Under the pieces are notes generated by a model. The model searched no databases, was not told where the DNA came from, and was given only the letters and a program-made list of their open reading frames with translations. This document shows positions 22,633 through 35,594 of a stretch of DNA of 64,000 bases, one piece after another. The stretch is taken from positions 116,250,001 to 116,314,000 of the forward strand of contig OX597817.1 of assembly GCA_951406725.2 (NCBI GenBank), written 5' to 3'. Origin of the DNA: Octopus vulgaris (lineage: Eukaryota). Numbering within the stretch: the first letter of the stretch is position 1; each line of letters begins with the position of its first letter. The translations under genes were made by a program, and so were the position numbers.

Positions 22633-25059
22633 AACAAAAAATAAAGTTTGTCAAAACATAATAATGGCGCAAAATGAGCAGCTGTCAAATTTTACCATAT
22701 ACCTTACTACAAATTTCTAACTTGGCCACCCAATATATGAATAAATAGTGGAATAGTGGAAACTTAAAATTGCAAAGTGAGACATTTTCAACCAACATAA
22801 AGAAACAAGAGTGAAGAACTATACTATCAGGGTAGCTCTTCACTGCTTTCATTTGGGACGCCAGGACACACTATGTTGTGAAGTCAAAAAACGATTTTGG
22901 CAAATTCCAATAAATTTCAAATAGCTTTCAAATTTTGAACATATCCAACATCATGTTGTTGGAAGACGTATGTAGACACAGCAACTATATTTTCTACTTG
23001 TCATTAAAAAGAGGTGTTTGGAACGTTAACATTCTACATTAATATTCGTTTGTGGGTAGGAAGACTGGTATTTAACTGTTGGAGATCCACTGTATTAACA
23101 TATTACGAATATTAATTTGCAAATTGCATTCATGGAAAAATATTATTTGATGTAGCTAATATTAATAAATTAGATAGTCTTCACACAATGCAGCTAAATC
23201 ATAAGGCAGAGAGAATAGTGAATTGAAACAAACATAATAAATAGCTTCATAAGAAAAAAACTAACAAAATAACAGGATGATTTTACCTGAGCTCATATTC
23301 TGGTAGATATTCAAATTTCACATAACAAATATCTCTATCGTATCAAAAAATATGTTCTGAAAGTCACCATATAATAAAAACTTCCAGTGAAATTATTACT
23401 TAAAAATTCTGCTTCATGCAGTATACGATTTAAATTTTTTTCTTCAATTAGTGCCAAAATTAATAAGTTTTTTCAGTCATTACGAATAATACACAAATAC
23501 TCCTCAGAAATATCAATAACTTTATTTCTATTATATAGTCTAAAATATATCTCGAATAGAACATACAAAGAACCGGAAATACTGGAGCATCTATCAATAT
23601 ATAATTGCTGAAAAATCCAAACTATAGATAATCATAACGCTTGAAAGAATGTTGAAAATGCAGTTAATATGAGTGCAATTTTTATTAATGATTTATTTTA
23701 ATAACCATAAAGATACTTATCATGTTATTTTCCGCTTCTCTCTTCACGTGAACTGTTATATATATATATATATATGGAGAGAGAGAGAGGGGGGGGAGAG
23801 TGAGAAAGACAGACAAAGAGAAAATGAGAGAAAAGTTAAATGAAGTGAGATAAGGGCGAGAGTCACATCGATTTTTCTCTAATCCGTCTAATTTCCTCCA
23901 TTTACAATAATATGTTTATCAGCCTAATACGTATATATATATATATATATATAACGGGAAGCTTTATGAAAATATGCATGTTTTGGTATGTAAGCACATG
24001 TTCACTCAAATCATGTTCACGTTTAGAGCATAGGCAGAAAGCTAATAGCCTATATAAAGATTTAGTCAATAATTCTGCAGCAATATTAGCTAAATACATT
24101 ATCCTAATGGAATAAATGTTTTTGTTTCTAATTCGGTATAATTAGGTAAATGCTTTTGATGAAAATTTGAAATGGAAAATTTTCTTAGCATTTGGAAGAA
24201 GAATCAACACGCAAATATATGCATTCCAAAACCCCACAACACCCAAATAACTTTAGGCATTACTGGTGAATAAAACGCGACTGAAACATTCTCTTTTAAA
24301 CGTCACACAATTTCGTTCTTCACGTGTGCAAAACATAAAGATATTATGTCTCAGATAACTGAAAAGACATATAACACTTCCCGAGTTTAATAGGTCACTG
24401 AGACAAAAAAGTTATTAATCTCAATTTTGAAATAAAATTTTCTTATTTAATTGCAATCTGGGAATATGATTATTTCCGTATTTCCAAGATATTAGCACAA
24501 TGGCAGAATAAACCAATCAGAATTTGGTGTAGATGGAGACATTTTCAATATTCACGCTTAAGGTGAAATTAATAATACGGACACTTCGTTTAATTTAACG
24601 AAAACAAATAACTAACGCTGATAAACTCTTGGTATATTTTATGTTGCTAACTGCTTTTGTCAAGATACATACTTCAAACACTTTTTATTTTCTTCAACAT
24701 TAACATGTATTGTTTATCCACCGAAATATTCTATTAATCTATCTTATATTAGGGATTTAAATGATCTTGGAATAGCCTGTATGATCACCCACTCATTAAA
24801 CTTGCCTACCGTTATAACCGATATCTTGAGCATAATTCCTACAAAGCAAACATTTTAAGAACCATAACTAACCTAAACTTTAGCAAAATACTTTCTCTTC
24901 TTCTGTCCCAACATAGAAGCTTTGAATTAAAACAAACCCTGCCTTTTTTGCCGTTTTAGTTGCCAACCGCAATAACTCAGTCATTCCAACCTTCTTTAAT
25001 GTCACCTGGTGTTACCAGCAGTGAGCTCATCGCCTCTAGCGAGAATGTCTTTCGTAGCA

Positions 25060-25590
25060 AGAGAAGCACGTTCTCCAAGGTCAAACATTGTGAAAAACGA
25101 TCGTGTGGTACTCGATGTCCTGTACAAATCTTGGGTTACAGGAAGAATGCAGTTCATGTAATATATGACCCGGTGATCTGGTCGAACGGCTTATGCAACA
25201 AATCCAAGCACTTCGACATGCTATGGTTCTTCTCTGAGGAAAAGAACTTTATCTAAAATCAAAAAAGTGAACAGGCTGAATGAGAAACGATTCTGAACAA
25301 ACCACACGGATCTCCCATTCTTAAGCATTTCCAGTTTCCATTGTCTTTGGTAGTCTTGGAATAATAAGGCCATGTCATGACACCCACTGTTCCCCCAAGC
25401 TTTTAGAGGTAATGCGGCAGCCTACATCAAGACGACGGAGTCATTTGTGAAGCCCAGGATCGGGAGAATTGCATGGGGCATTTAATTGCCCTGGTCTTCT
25501 CTATCTCCAGGGTCACTGAGAGGGAGACCTTCGTGCATGCCCAGAATACCAACGATTCGTTGATGTGTGATCTACGGAACGTACAAATCA
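25060..25590 (+). pseudogene. Tc1/mariner superfamily (maT/DD37D-like) transposase relic
   Basis: WFFSEEKNF (cf. FSDEK first catalytic motif), then frameshifted QK/VNRLNE, HVMTP, NAAAYIKTTESFVKPRI (cf. NA..YI..L..VVKPWI). Confidence 0.75.
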
Positions 25591-25814
25591 AGATAACTAA
25601 ATAAAACCTGATGAATGCAGTTTCTAATTTAAAGAGGCGAATTGAGACAGTAAGCTTCAATAATTTTTGGTACTTGTACAGTGCATCATATTTTGCAAAA
25701 ACAAACAAAACAAAAATGTAAAACAAAAATGAACATGTTTTGTTATTAATATTCTTGTTTGCATATAATAACATTTATAATAGCGATTATGTATTCAAAT
25801 TGCTGAGAGAATGT

Positions 25815-25857
<43 letters not shown>

Positions 25858-28536
25858 GTCCTCCGTTTGCTTCTATGAAGAGCATAGGATACTATTTTAA
25901 ATAGATTTACCTACCATTTCTAGTTGATCGATTGACCAACTCGATGGTCCATAATTCTACAAATGCTGTGTGTTAATATTTCTGAGGTACTTGAATCCGT
26001 CTACAACACCTAAATGATACTGAACGCTATATGCCTCACTAGACCGACCATACTTGGGATATATGCTATAGTTTAACGATTTTAAGTTTTAAGACAACTT
26101 ATACAGCTTTTTAAGGAAGATGCTAATTTGATACGAGTAATACAGTGTTTCAGGTGGACTATCAAACGTAGTCTGAACGCAGAAACAACACCAATGCCAA
26201 TAATACGAGATATCAAAGTCGAGAATGATTGCTGATATAACAATGGATCTTCATCTACTGAGAGAAATGAACCACTATACATGGTAGTTCAACAATTGAA
26301 ACTCACTTTCTGATGACCTTTGAAAGCATAGATAATATTTTATGTTTATATTATAATGAATTGTTTTGTTTTGTGTCAACTGAAATGTTTTACTAATTGA
26401 GTGATTAATCAAATTTTTGATAGCACATTTGTCATCATTATAATTGAAGCAATACAATGCAGTTTGTTTCACAAATACTGATGAAGAATTCTAAACTGAC
26501 CTGCTTGTAATAGTAGACAGATACCTCTGACATCTAAAAACTATACTGTACTAAAAGCGGAAAGGATACGTAAGACAATGTAGACTCTGATATGTAGATA
26601 TGGTTGGATCGTCACAACAAGAATATGTGAGGCAATGCATTCACTCTATCAATGCTTATATTATTTTAAAGAACACATGGCTTCTACAAAATAGATTCCG
26701 GATCGTATCTCGAACATATGGTTACTGCATAAGGGAATCCAGATATTTTCTGTAATAAATCAATTTTGATATATGAAGTAGTACGTTTACTTATGCGTGA
26801 AACATTGAAAAGAATGTTCCAGGGAAACAGTAACTCCTAAGGAAACACGCAAAACAATATTCCAAGTGAAAAGTGGAGTGTCTAATGAAATTTGTTCGTG
26901 GCACGATCAATATGGCCAGGTTGTTTTCCCACAGAAGTTTGAAATCTAAAATTATTTCCCGTTATTGTTGAAAACACTTACAGAATGCACGCCACCTACT
27001 TATACCGAAAGACAGCTACGTGATTTTGACGTGAATTTTAACTATAAAGCAAATACCTGTATCCAGACATTTGTTGTACTAAATCTCGCGAGGGTGTGCC
27101 GAAATATACGCTCTTTTCCATGTACTCGAGATTGGCTTAATCGATTCTACTAGCCCTATGCCAACCTGAAAAAGTGATCATATTCTTGTGCTAATGTTAG
27201 AAATTATCAGCATCGCCAACAAAAGCACCCCCTTCACAAGCGCCGCCACCACGACCCCAAGAGCTAAACCACTATCACCACTATTGTTACAGTAGAAGTA
27301 TATTTCGTAATGATATTAAGGCTAATATTGGTGCTATTTTGATTAATCATTTCTATTCTTGCGTCTACAAATGTTGTTATCATGATTAGCGACATTGTTA
27401 GCATACTATTGTATCAGTTGTTTTCTCATTTCTGTCGATAAGTAGATATCATTTCACAGCAGCCATTGCTTCATAAGATAACAGCGTCCTAAATTCAGAC
27501 TTGCTAGAATTGTGTAGAAATAAGGCAAATGATTGTGAGAGAGGAAATGGAAGAGAAATAGAGAAGTGAGAAAGAAGAGAGAAGAAAAAAAAAACAGAAG
27601 AAGCAAGAAGAGAACCAAGGGAGAGATGGAAAAGAAGGAGAGAGAGCGAGAGGAGACAAAGAAAAATAATTTCTCCGCTAGTTTGTTCCACCATTTTCCA
27701 GCTTCTAATTATTAAGGTATTTGTTTCGCATATAGCATTACTGAACAAATCTTGCATGCTACACTAGCCAAATTGTCGGCATTTGTGACTAGATGTGGTC
27801 TAATCATGTATTGATTCGAGCATCTTTCACAGTCAGACAATTCATGTTGATACAATGATGTGTACATTGTTCGGCTGTTTTCAGTATGTTTCCCAATTAT
27901 TCAGCGTCTTCAATAACATAATTAGAGATTAATACTGAAATTTATTCTCAAGTGAAATATGGTCACATATCGCTTCCGTACCCTAAATAAAACATACAAC
28001 AGTAATTTATTCTCTCATTCTGTTTCTGTCCTTCAATAACGCTCTCTTCCTCCCTCTCTTACTTTTGTCTGTTCTTATTCATATATCGCCCAAAGCCAGT
28101 TTCAGTTGAGTTAATATATAATGAAAGACAATCCAGGCGCGACCAAACACAATTGCACTACCAATAGAGTAACTCATCTACACTATCCAAAGCGTTTTTC
28201 TCTTTTCGAAACTGTGATTTAAGGGAGCTTTGTCTTCTCTTTTGAGCGGGGCGAGACACCACGTACAATCACACTCGGTAGAACGTTGTTGATCACGATG
28301 ATCGCTACCAAAGTTTTGAGAAAAACATGTCTCTATCTCCTGTATTGTGACAGATTTCAGCATTGGCATGCGACCACGAAAGAATTTTGTTATTATAATA
28401 CAATTTTTATCATGTATAGAATCATTTCACAGACAGCGAATACACACACTCAAAACACACATGTATATATATGTATGTGAATATATATATATATATATAC
28501 ACTCATATACGATACATTGAATATATAAACATATAT

Positions 28537-29013
28537 ATTAATGAAATTCTAACGTATCTGATTTTTATTAAATCTTTTTACTACAATTTTACAATATAAT
28601 GATACAATGTATATTTATTGTGATAAAATTTGTACTTTAATGAGTTACGCAATCATCAGGTTTATATAGTAGTAGTAGTAGTAGTAGTAGTAGTAGAAGT
28701 AGCAGCAACAGCAGCAGTTGAAGTAGTGAGAGTCGTGTTCCACAATCAACAACTGTTCTCAATTGTGGAACATGACTGCCACTACTACTACTGCTGCTAC
28801 TACTACTACTACTAGTACTACTACGTCTCTACTACTCTAATACCACCACCACCACCACCACCACCACTACATAAACCTAACGATTGCGTAACTCATGAAA
28901 GTACGTGTTTTATTACAATAAATGTATAATATTCTATTTGTATGTTATTGTAAAATTGTAAAAATTTTAGATATAAAAACGTGAAAATCAGACTAGGTTG
29001 GAATTTTATTGAT
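28537..29013. mobile_element. Diverged ~480-bp fold-back element with a hammerhead-like core in each arm
   Basis: Arms are reverse complements through unique sequence, (AGT)n/(ACT)n and gtcgtgttccacaat/attgtggaacatgac (loop ~28747-28761). Minus arm: aaac-CTGATGA-ttgcgtaactcat-TAAA-gtac. Plus arm: aaac-CTAACGA-ttgcgtaactcat-GAAA-gtac-gt-gttt. Confidence 0.75.
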
Positions 29014-29644
29014 TAATTTATTCTTGCATCTCCAATCAAACAAATTCAAATATATGTATACATATGGATGTGTATGCATATGTATGTTTATACAGAGAAG
29101 ATAGCTAAATGTATGTATGTGTATATATATATATGTTGCTTTTATGTAAAATAACCTTCTATATAGGATACTTAATTTGTACAATATAGATAGGGAATTT
29201 GTTGCTGTTTTCGCTCAAGATGAAATCTGTTATGGATGTGATGTAATAAAGAAAAAAAAACTAAGAGATTTGAGACGTCTTAAATACAAACAAAATCACC
29301 CAAAAGAGGGAATAATATATTCAGTGTTTGTATAACTGATCCCCGGGATAAATAAATAAGCCAACGTACGTAACTGAAGTAGTATTACATTAAAATAGTT
29401 ATCTAAGCAGAAACCATTGTAGGTTGCCTGTTAACGGTTTATATGCAGAAAGTAGGATTCATTATATATATATATAATAACAATAATAAAAGAGGATAAA
29501 ATCATAAATGATTTTTACCAGGTTGTCAGCGCGGAAATACAAACTCATAGGTAAATTTTTATAAACATTTTATAATTATATATATAATCATAACAAGGGC
29601 TTGGCTTGCGCCTCACCACGCAATAAAAAATAGACGTCAAAAGA

Positions 29645-29691
29645 CACTATTACCACCATAAATTCTCGGAGAATTTATAGTGGTAATAGTG
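29645..29691. repeat. 47-bp near-perfect palindrome
   Basis: cactattaccaccataaattctc-g-gagaatttatagtggtaatagtg: 23-bp arms with 1 mismatch. Confidence 0.9.
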
Positions 29692-32600
29692 GCTTGGTGA
29701 GGGTGATACGAAGAAATGGTGTCAAATTGGGAGCGAGAAGATATATAAGTGAAGGCGATTGAGTCTAGTGGAGAGATAAGTATAAATGAAAAAAGTAAAA
29801 AAAAAAAAAATGTGTGAATGAATATGTAAAAATAGATGAAGAGACTATACTTAGAAGCCGAGTAGTCATGAGAAATCATAAATCTTAGTCTTAGAAAAAG
29901 AAAGCATTGAAGGAAGATCAAAGAAAATTCAGTGACATAAAGAAAACAGATAAAAAGGAGGAAAAGTAAAGAGGGAGACAACTACGCATCCCTTGCTTAA
30001 TGAGTGGAAAATGACCGTAACTTAGCTTTAATATAGTATAGACATCCAAGCGTGTAAGCTGGACAAAAGAGGAGCTGCGATTAACAAAAACTGAAAATGG
30101 AAATAAAAAGGAGAAAGGAATTTTAAAGGAAGAGGAAGTTAAAACGAAGATGAATAAAATGTAAATTAGAACTTATATAATGAGATGCTAACAGAATAGC
30201 ATATAATCATAAATCGAAATGTATAGACTTCAAAAGATTGCATGTATACACTTACGTTACACACTTACACGCACACACATACACTCTCACACACATACAT
30301 GAATGCATACCCCACCCAAGCACACAAATATGTAGATAGGTAGATGCGAACAATCATACATTGATTTTAGAAAGATATGTAAGTTGATAGGCAAATAGAT
30401 GAATATGAGACGATTATTTCTAGAAATCTTAGAACACTGACAAATGCACACGTGAAGTTAAGCAAAATACGTATGCCCATATATTGTTTTATCAATAGAT
30501 ATAAAGGCTTCAAATGGTGCTATAATATATCGGAGAAGAATATCTTTTGTCAAATAGAGGTAAGAAAGCCCAGATTTAGTTGGGATGTGTCGGTTTCAGC
30601 AGGAAGAGTCAATGTAAGGTAACTTTTGTGCGTTAGTTTGTGCCTGCCAGTAACAACATAGGCCATACAACGATTTGATTTTTATTCTTCCCTTTGAAAA
30701 TAGCGAATATTCTCTAAATATTATAGGATGAATAAACAGATAATGCAGGGAAATCTCTTTTCATCTTATCTTTATTCATTGACATCACCTTACATGTTTT
30801 AAGTCAGTTCTCGTTTACATTGTTCGAATGTTTTTTTAAACGTCTGTGAAATTGTCGCATACTGCAATGGTTCGGACAAATTATAACTTTCCTTTAAAAC
30901 ACATATGTGTATATTTTGCCCTTGTACACGTACGTGAGCGCGTATTCTTGCAAGGAAAAATTCTATGTTTAGTTTTCATTACTTATATCTATAATTTTGT
31001 GTTAATACTTATAGTTACGATAGGATGAATATGACGATTATATACTCCTTAGAAAATATATAGTTGTAATGAAATTCACATTATTTAAAAACTTTCTAAC
31101 TTGTGTATTAAGAATTTATATTTGCTATGCATAATAGAATAAAGTCTTCGATGAGCAACCTCAGTATAATAAATGATCACTCAATCATGCCCTGATGAGA
31201 TACTAATAATTATTGAATACTTCAGAAAATCATAATATTTGACAGACGTTCGCTCGGTATTCTATAAATTAGAAACGTTGACATGACAAGCGTTCTGGTA
31301 AATCTATTTTAATTTCCGGACATGTATTGCTTCGAGCAACTGATCGTGATTTCATTAAATCTGTATTTTGAAATTCGCTTCTCTTTAGGTTATAATTAAA
31401 ATATTACGAACTAAAATATATATAAGAGGAAAAATATGTCTAAATATCAATAAAGAGATTTTACCAAGGAATGTTATGGAAATATATTTGTTCAATATGC
31501 CTAAGGTTTATAAATGAGTGCACAAAATATTCAACTACCAGCTCATGTGTCGTCAGTTCAAAATTTCTAAAATCACTTCAGTATGACCTTAATCACGACT
31601 CTTTATATTTCACGTCATATTTAATTTGGCTCCCACGATATTTAACTAATGGTTTCAGATGAAGGTCTGTCCGGCTTCTTACATTGACAAATAATTTGCC
31701 CGTTTGGACATTTCGTTATTGGTTACGCTGCATGGTAGAGAGAGTCTTGAGATTACTGTTCTCCATTTGGAATATGTAAATAAGTATAACGAAAATACTA
31801 ATTTTTGCCAGTTGTCATATATCATTTTACCAGAGGCAATATTATTACAAGACTGTCTTTTAGAAAACTAAAGTGGTAAATGTTAAAGGAAATTTCGCAA
31901 AATATATGTACAAATAACAGCCGATTGGTTATAGAATATATTCAGAAATATATATATCTATGTCCTTGTGAAAGTAACTTTAGTGAAAATATATACAATA
32001 TTTTTTGAATAACTTTATCACTGAAGTGTTTACTCTGTACCAGTTCTGGTGGATCCGGCACTAACGGCTGGTGCTCCACTCATGATTTTAATTTTTGAGA
32101 CATTGTTTACCTCCAGTAATATTGTGCAAAATGCTATCTCTGCGTAGATGACAAATCTTGATTTCAGAAATATTTAGCTCCACCACCTTACAGTTGGCAC
32201 TACAGTAGAAGTTTATTCTTTTATAAGTATATACATCGGCGGTTGTATAGGCAGAAATACAAATTTAAAGAAGATATAAGGTTATGAGAATTTATCTATG
32301 TGAAACTAATGACCCAGTAACGAAAGTTCATTCGAGAATAATCCGACGATCCGTCTAGGTTCTTATTGCATCTTCTGTTGTTTAGCTATAACAAAGAAGT
32401 AAGATTGTATCATCGAGTCCCTAAGCAAGCTGTAGAAGAACAAAACTCATTAAATTTCTTCCTCGTCGCAATTACCACAATCATGCTGTACTGCTATATA
32501 CATTTATTTAATGTATATATTTTCTAAGAAAATGTAGTGTGTTTTGAGTGACGATACGCAGTTATATATAGGATGTTAATACACCACATAGAGATGATGC

Positions 32601-32783
32601 TGAAACGGTACGAATTATCACCTGAGGCATCATATGTTAGAACACATGTCGGTTGATGCACAGGCTGGGCTATATGCTATTATTTCACCGCCTCACTAGC
32701 TCTAGTGAATGATTGTTTAGTAGATAAAGTTTCAGTGAAGAGAAATACATATGTTGTTGTGACTCAGAATACAGACGCACGCA

Positions 32784-32815
<32 letters not shown>

Positions 32816-34994
32816 GTATGCACATCTCAGTGTGTGTAATGTGTATATTTATATGTGTGTGTGTGTGCCTATATTATTCTCTTTATGTATATACTCATTG
32901 GTACTACATATATGTACATAAGCATTAATGTAGAATATTATTTAAATTAATCCCCACTGTATAGATTAAATTTGACTTGAAATTATAGTTAACCAGTATT
33001 TGAAAATGCCGTTGTTACTTTGCTCCTACTTTAATGAAATAAACTCTAGGTTGTATAAGTAAAAACACAAAGCAGAACATAATATGTATTTAAATGAGCA
33101 AATTATAGATTATAACTTGAAAAGTATGTAAAAGCAAACGTTTCTTACATTTAATTGACAAACTTTTGCGAACAAATAACGATATACTCATATATCTTGC
33201 TTAGAGACAAACGAAACAATGCAGAAATCTCTCGATCGGCGACTTCATGTCTCATCCATGTCAAATAGTTCACTTAATTCTGAGAATTATACTCCTTAAA
33301 TACATTACCAAGCACGTGTTCATTCCTAATTCGGTCCTTGATGTACTGTATATAATGGCAATTTTAAATAAAACTGTCAAACCATAAATAAAATGGGACC
33401 TACCATAGACGTATCGTAACGCATTCAGTAAGATCTGACAAGTTGCAAACAAATTGCTTGTCAGTTTTTACTGATTAATATGACGGCAAATTATTGATTT
33501 CTATCGATAATATTCCAACTGTATTGTAATTTCCAATTTACAGCCGTTTATTTATTTATTTTTCTCCTTATAACATTTTTGCTAACTTTGTCTCATTAAC
33601 ATATTGCAAATACTAATTTAGTGTTTGTGGTTAGTAGCCGCTCAAAATCAGTGAATAAAATAAAATATTTAAGAATGAATACTAATTTAGATAATTTGTT
33701 TCATGCCGATTGTGGAATACATGTAACATTTTCAAATACTTAGGATAATTCATCTATTAAATTTGTCATGTCATCAGGGAAATATATTCTTTGCAACTTT
33801 CACGATCATTTACTAAATTAGCACTTAGAAAGAGAACTGTTAATAATCAACCTATGCACTTAAATCAAACAATGGCGGATATGAAGTAAAATCAGTTAGA
33901 ATTAAGATTATGGAATAAGAGAATAACATGTTTTACCTGTAATTGCTCGTACATAGTGACCATGTGATATTGAAGCTATAATTATTTTAACAACTATCCC
34001 GGAGCTTTATGTGATTAGTCTTGTGTCACTACCATTTTTTTATATTTTTTGTTCTTGTTATGAATATATTAATAAAGCAAAAAGATCATTTATAGTAACC
34101 GTCGATTTGACTCAGTTTTCCTCTGTAAAATTATCCCTCCCTCGAACCCAATTGCGTAAAAAGTATTGCACCAGTGTTTAGTTTCGGAACATGTTTTCTT
34201 GAAGTAAATATATCGACATAGCTAATTTTTTCTTAACATTAATTATTCAGTAAAAACAAGGGATCCAAAATCCTTTCCGAGTCCTTCAGCATTATCCCAC
34301 AATGACGGAAAGATTTCCTCTGATCGGGCATCTGATTCGACTACTTGTACAAGACCGATCTCCACTAGAGACAACCTGTATTCATCCAAGGAACTTCTAA
34401 CAGCATTGTCTGCATCATTCAGCTACATAATCATGAACGTGTAATGTTATTCGTGCCTCATTTAAGTTTTGAGTGTGCAAGTTGTATATCCAACTATTCC
34501 GTGTGTATGCTGCTATATGCTCAACTATACTATACTGCAAACTCTTAAATCATGTTATTATAATACGCGTGTAGATGTGAAAGTTAGAAGAGAATAAATT
34601 TTAAGTTTCGTTTGTGAAAATGTTTAGAGAATAAAACTGAAGAATTCCGTTCCACTACATGTCGATTTCTTGACGGACTTGCATACATTTAATTAGTTCA
34701 AATATTTAGTGTTCTACTGACAGAAATGAAAAGTGTATAACATGTAATATATGTTTATGAATAGATGACTAAACCATTGATTTCAAAGCAGTGCTTTTGT
34801 AGATATATTACGATATATGTATATATATGCAATTCTAAGTCGAAATAAAGCGAAGGTAATGGAACTACATAGTCTTGGAATAATGCATCACATATATATG
34901 TATATGTATATACATATCTATTTAGAGCATATATATTTTGGATAATTTCCCCCATAAATCTCCCTGATCAGTTCTAGAACACTGGAGTTCTAGA

Positions 34995-35594
34995 ACATAT
35001 TTGGATAAGTTTTATTTTAATTAAGAATATGATATACTAGTCGAAGCATAAATAACTATTATATAACATAAAAATGCACCGACAATCAAATAAATTCTAG
35101 TACCGAAACAAAAAATTGTCTATAGATATTACCGTTTTTGTTGTTTTGTTTATGTTCTTTTGTATATAAAATCTACGAAGAATACTGTCTTCCAAGTACC
35201 ATTTACACAGTATCATCAATCAGCACGAGCATGAGTCTATGAGAAACGACTTCTCAAGCCGTTGCGCTAAAACATGTAGTTGCAAAGAAAAATCCATATA
35301 CGCACTACTATACCTGTGCTTGTTCATTTCGTGAATTTTACCTATACAATTTTCAGGATATTTTTAATATCAAAAATTAGTCAATACTAAACAAAACTAA
35401 AACAAGCTGATAGATACGTATAACATTTTGAAAGATACACGATTTCATGTTAAATTTCTCTTTCTTATTAGTCCTATAATCTACAAGTGTACACATATTT
35501 GGATAAGTTATATTTTAATTAAGAATATGATATACTAGTCGAAGCAGGAATAACTATTTTATAACATAAAAATGCACCGACAATCAAATAAATT
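34995..35594. repeat. 102-bp direct repeat pair (34995-35096, 35493-35594)
   Basis: acatatttggataagtt.tattttaattaagaatatgatatactagtcgaagca..aataactatt.tataacataaaaatgcaccgacaatcaaataaatt is present twice with ~4 differences. Confidence 0.9.

Noticed and set aside
31192-31228. CTGATGA...GAAA hammerhead-like spacing
   Set aside because: No convincing stem I, II or III pairing. Similar isolated CTGATGA hits at ~26310 and ~26478 were rejected for the same reason.
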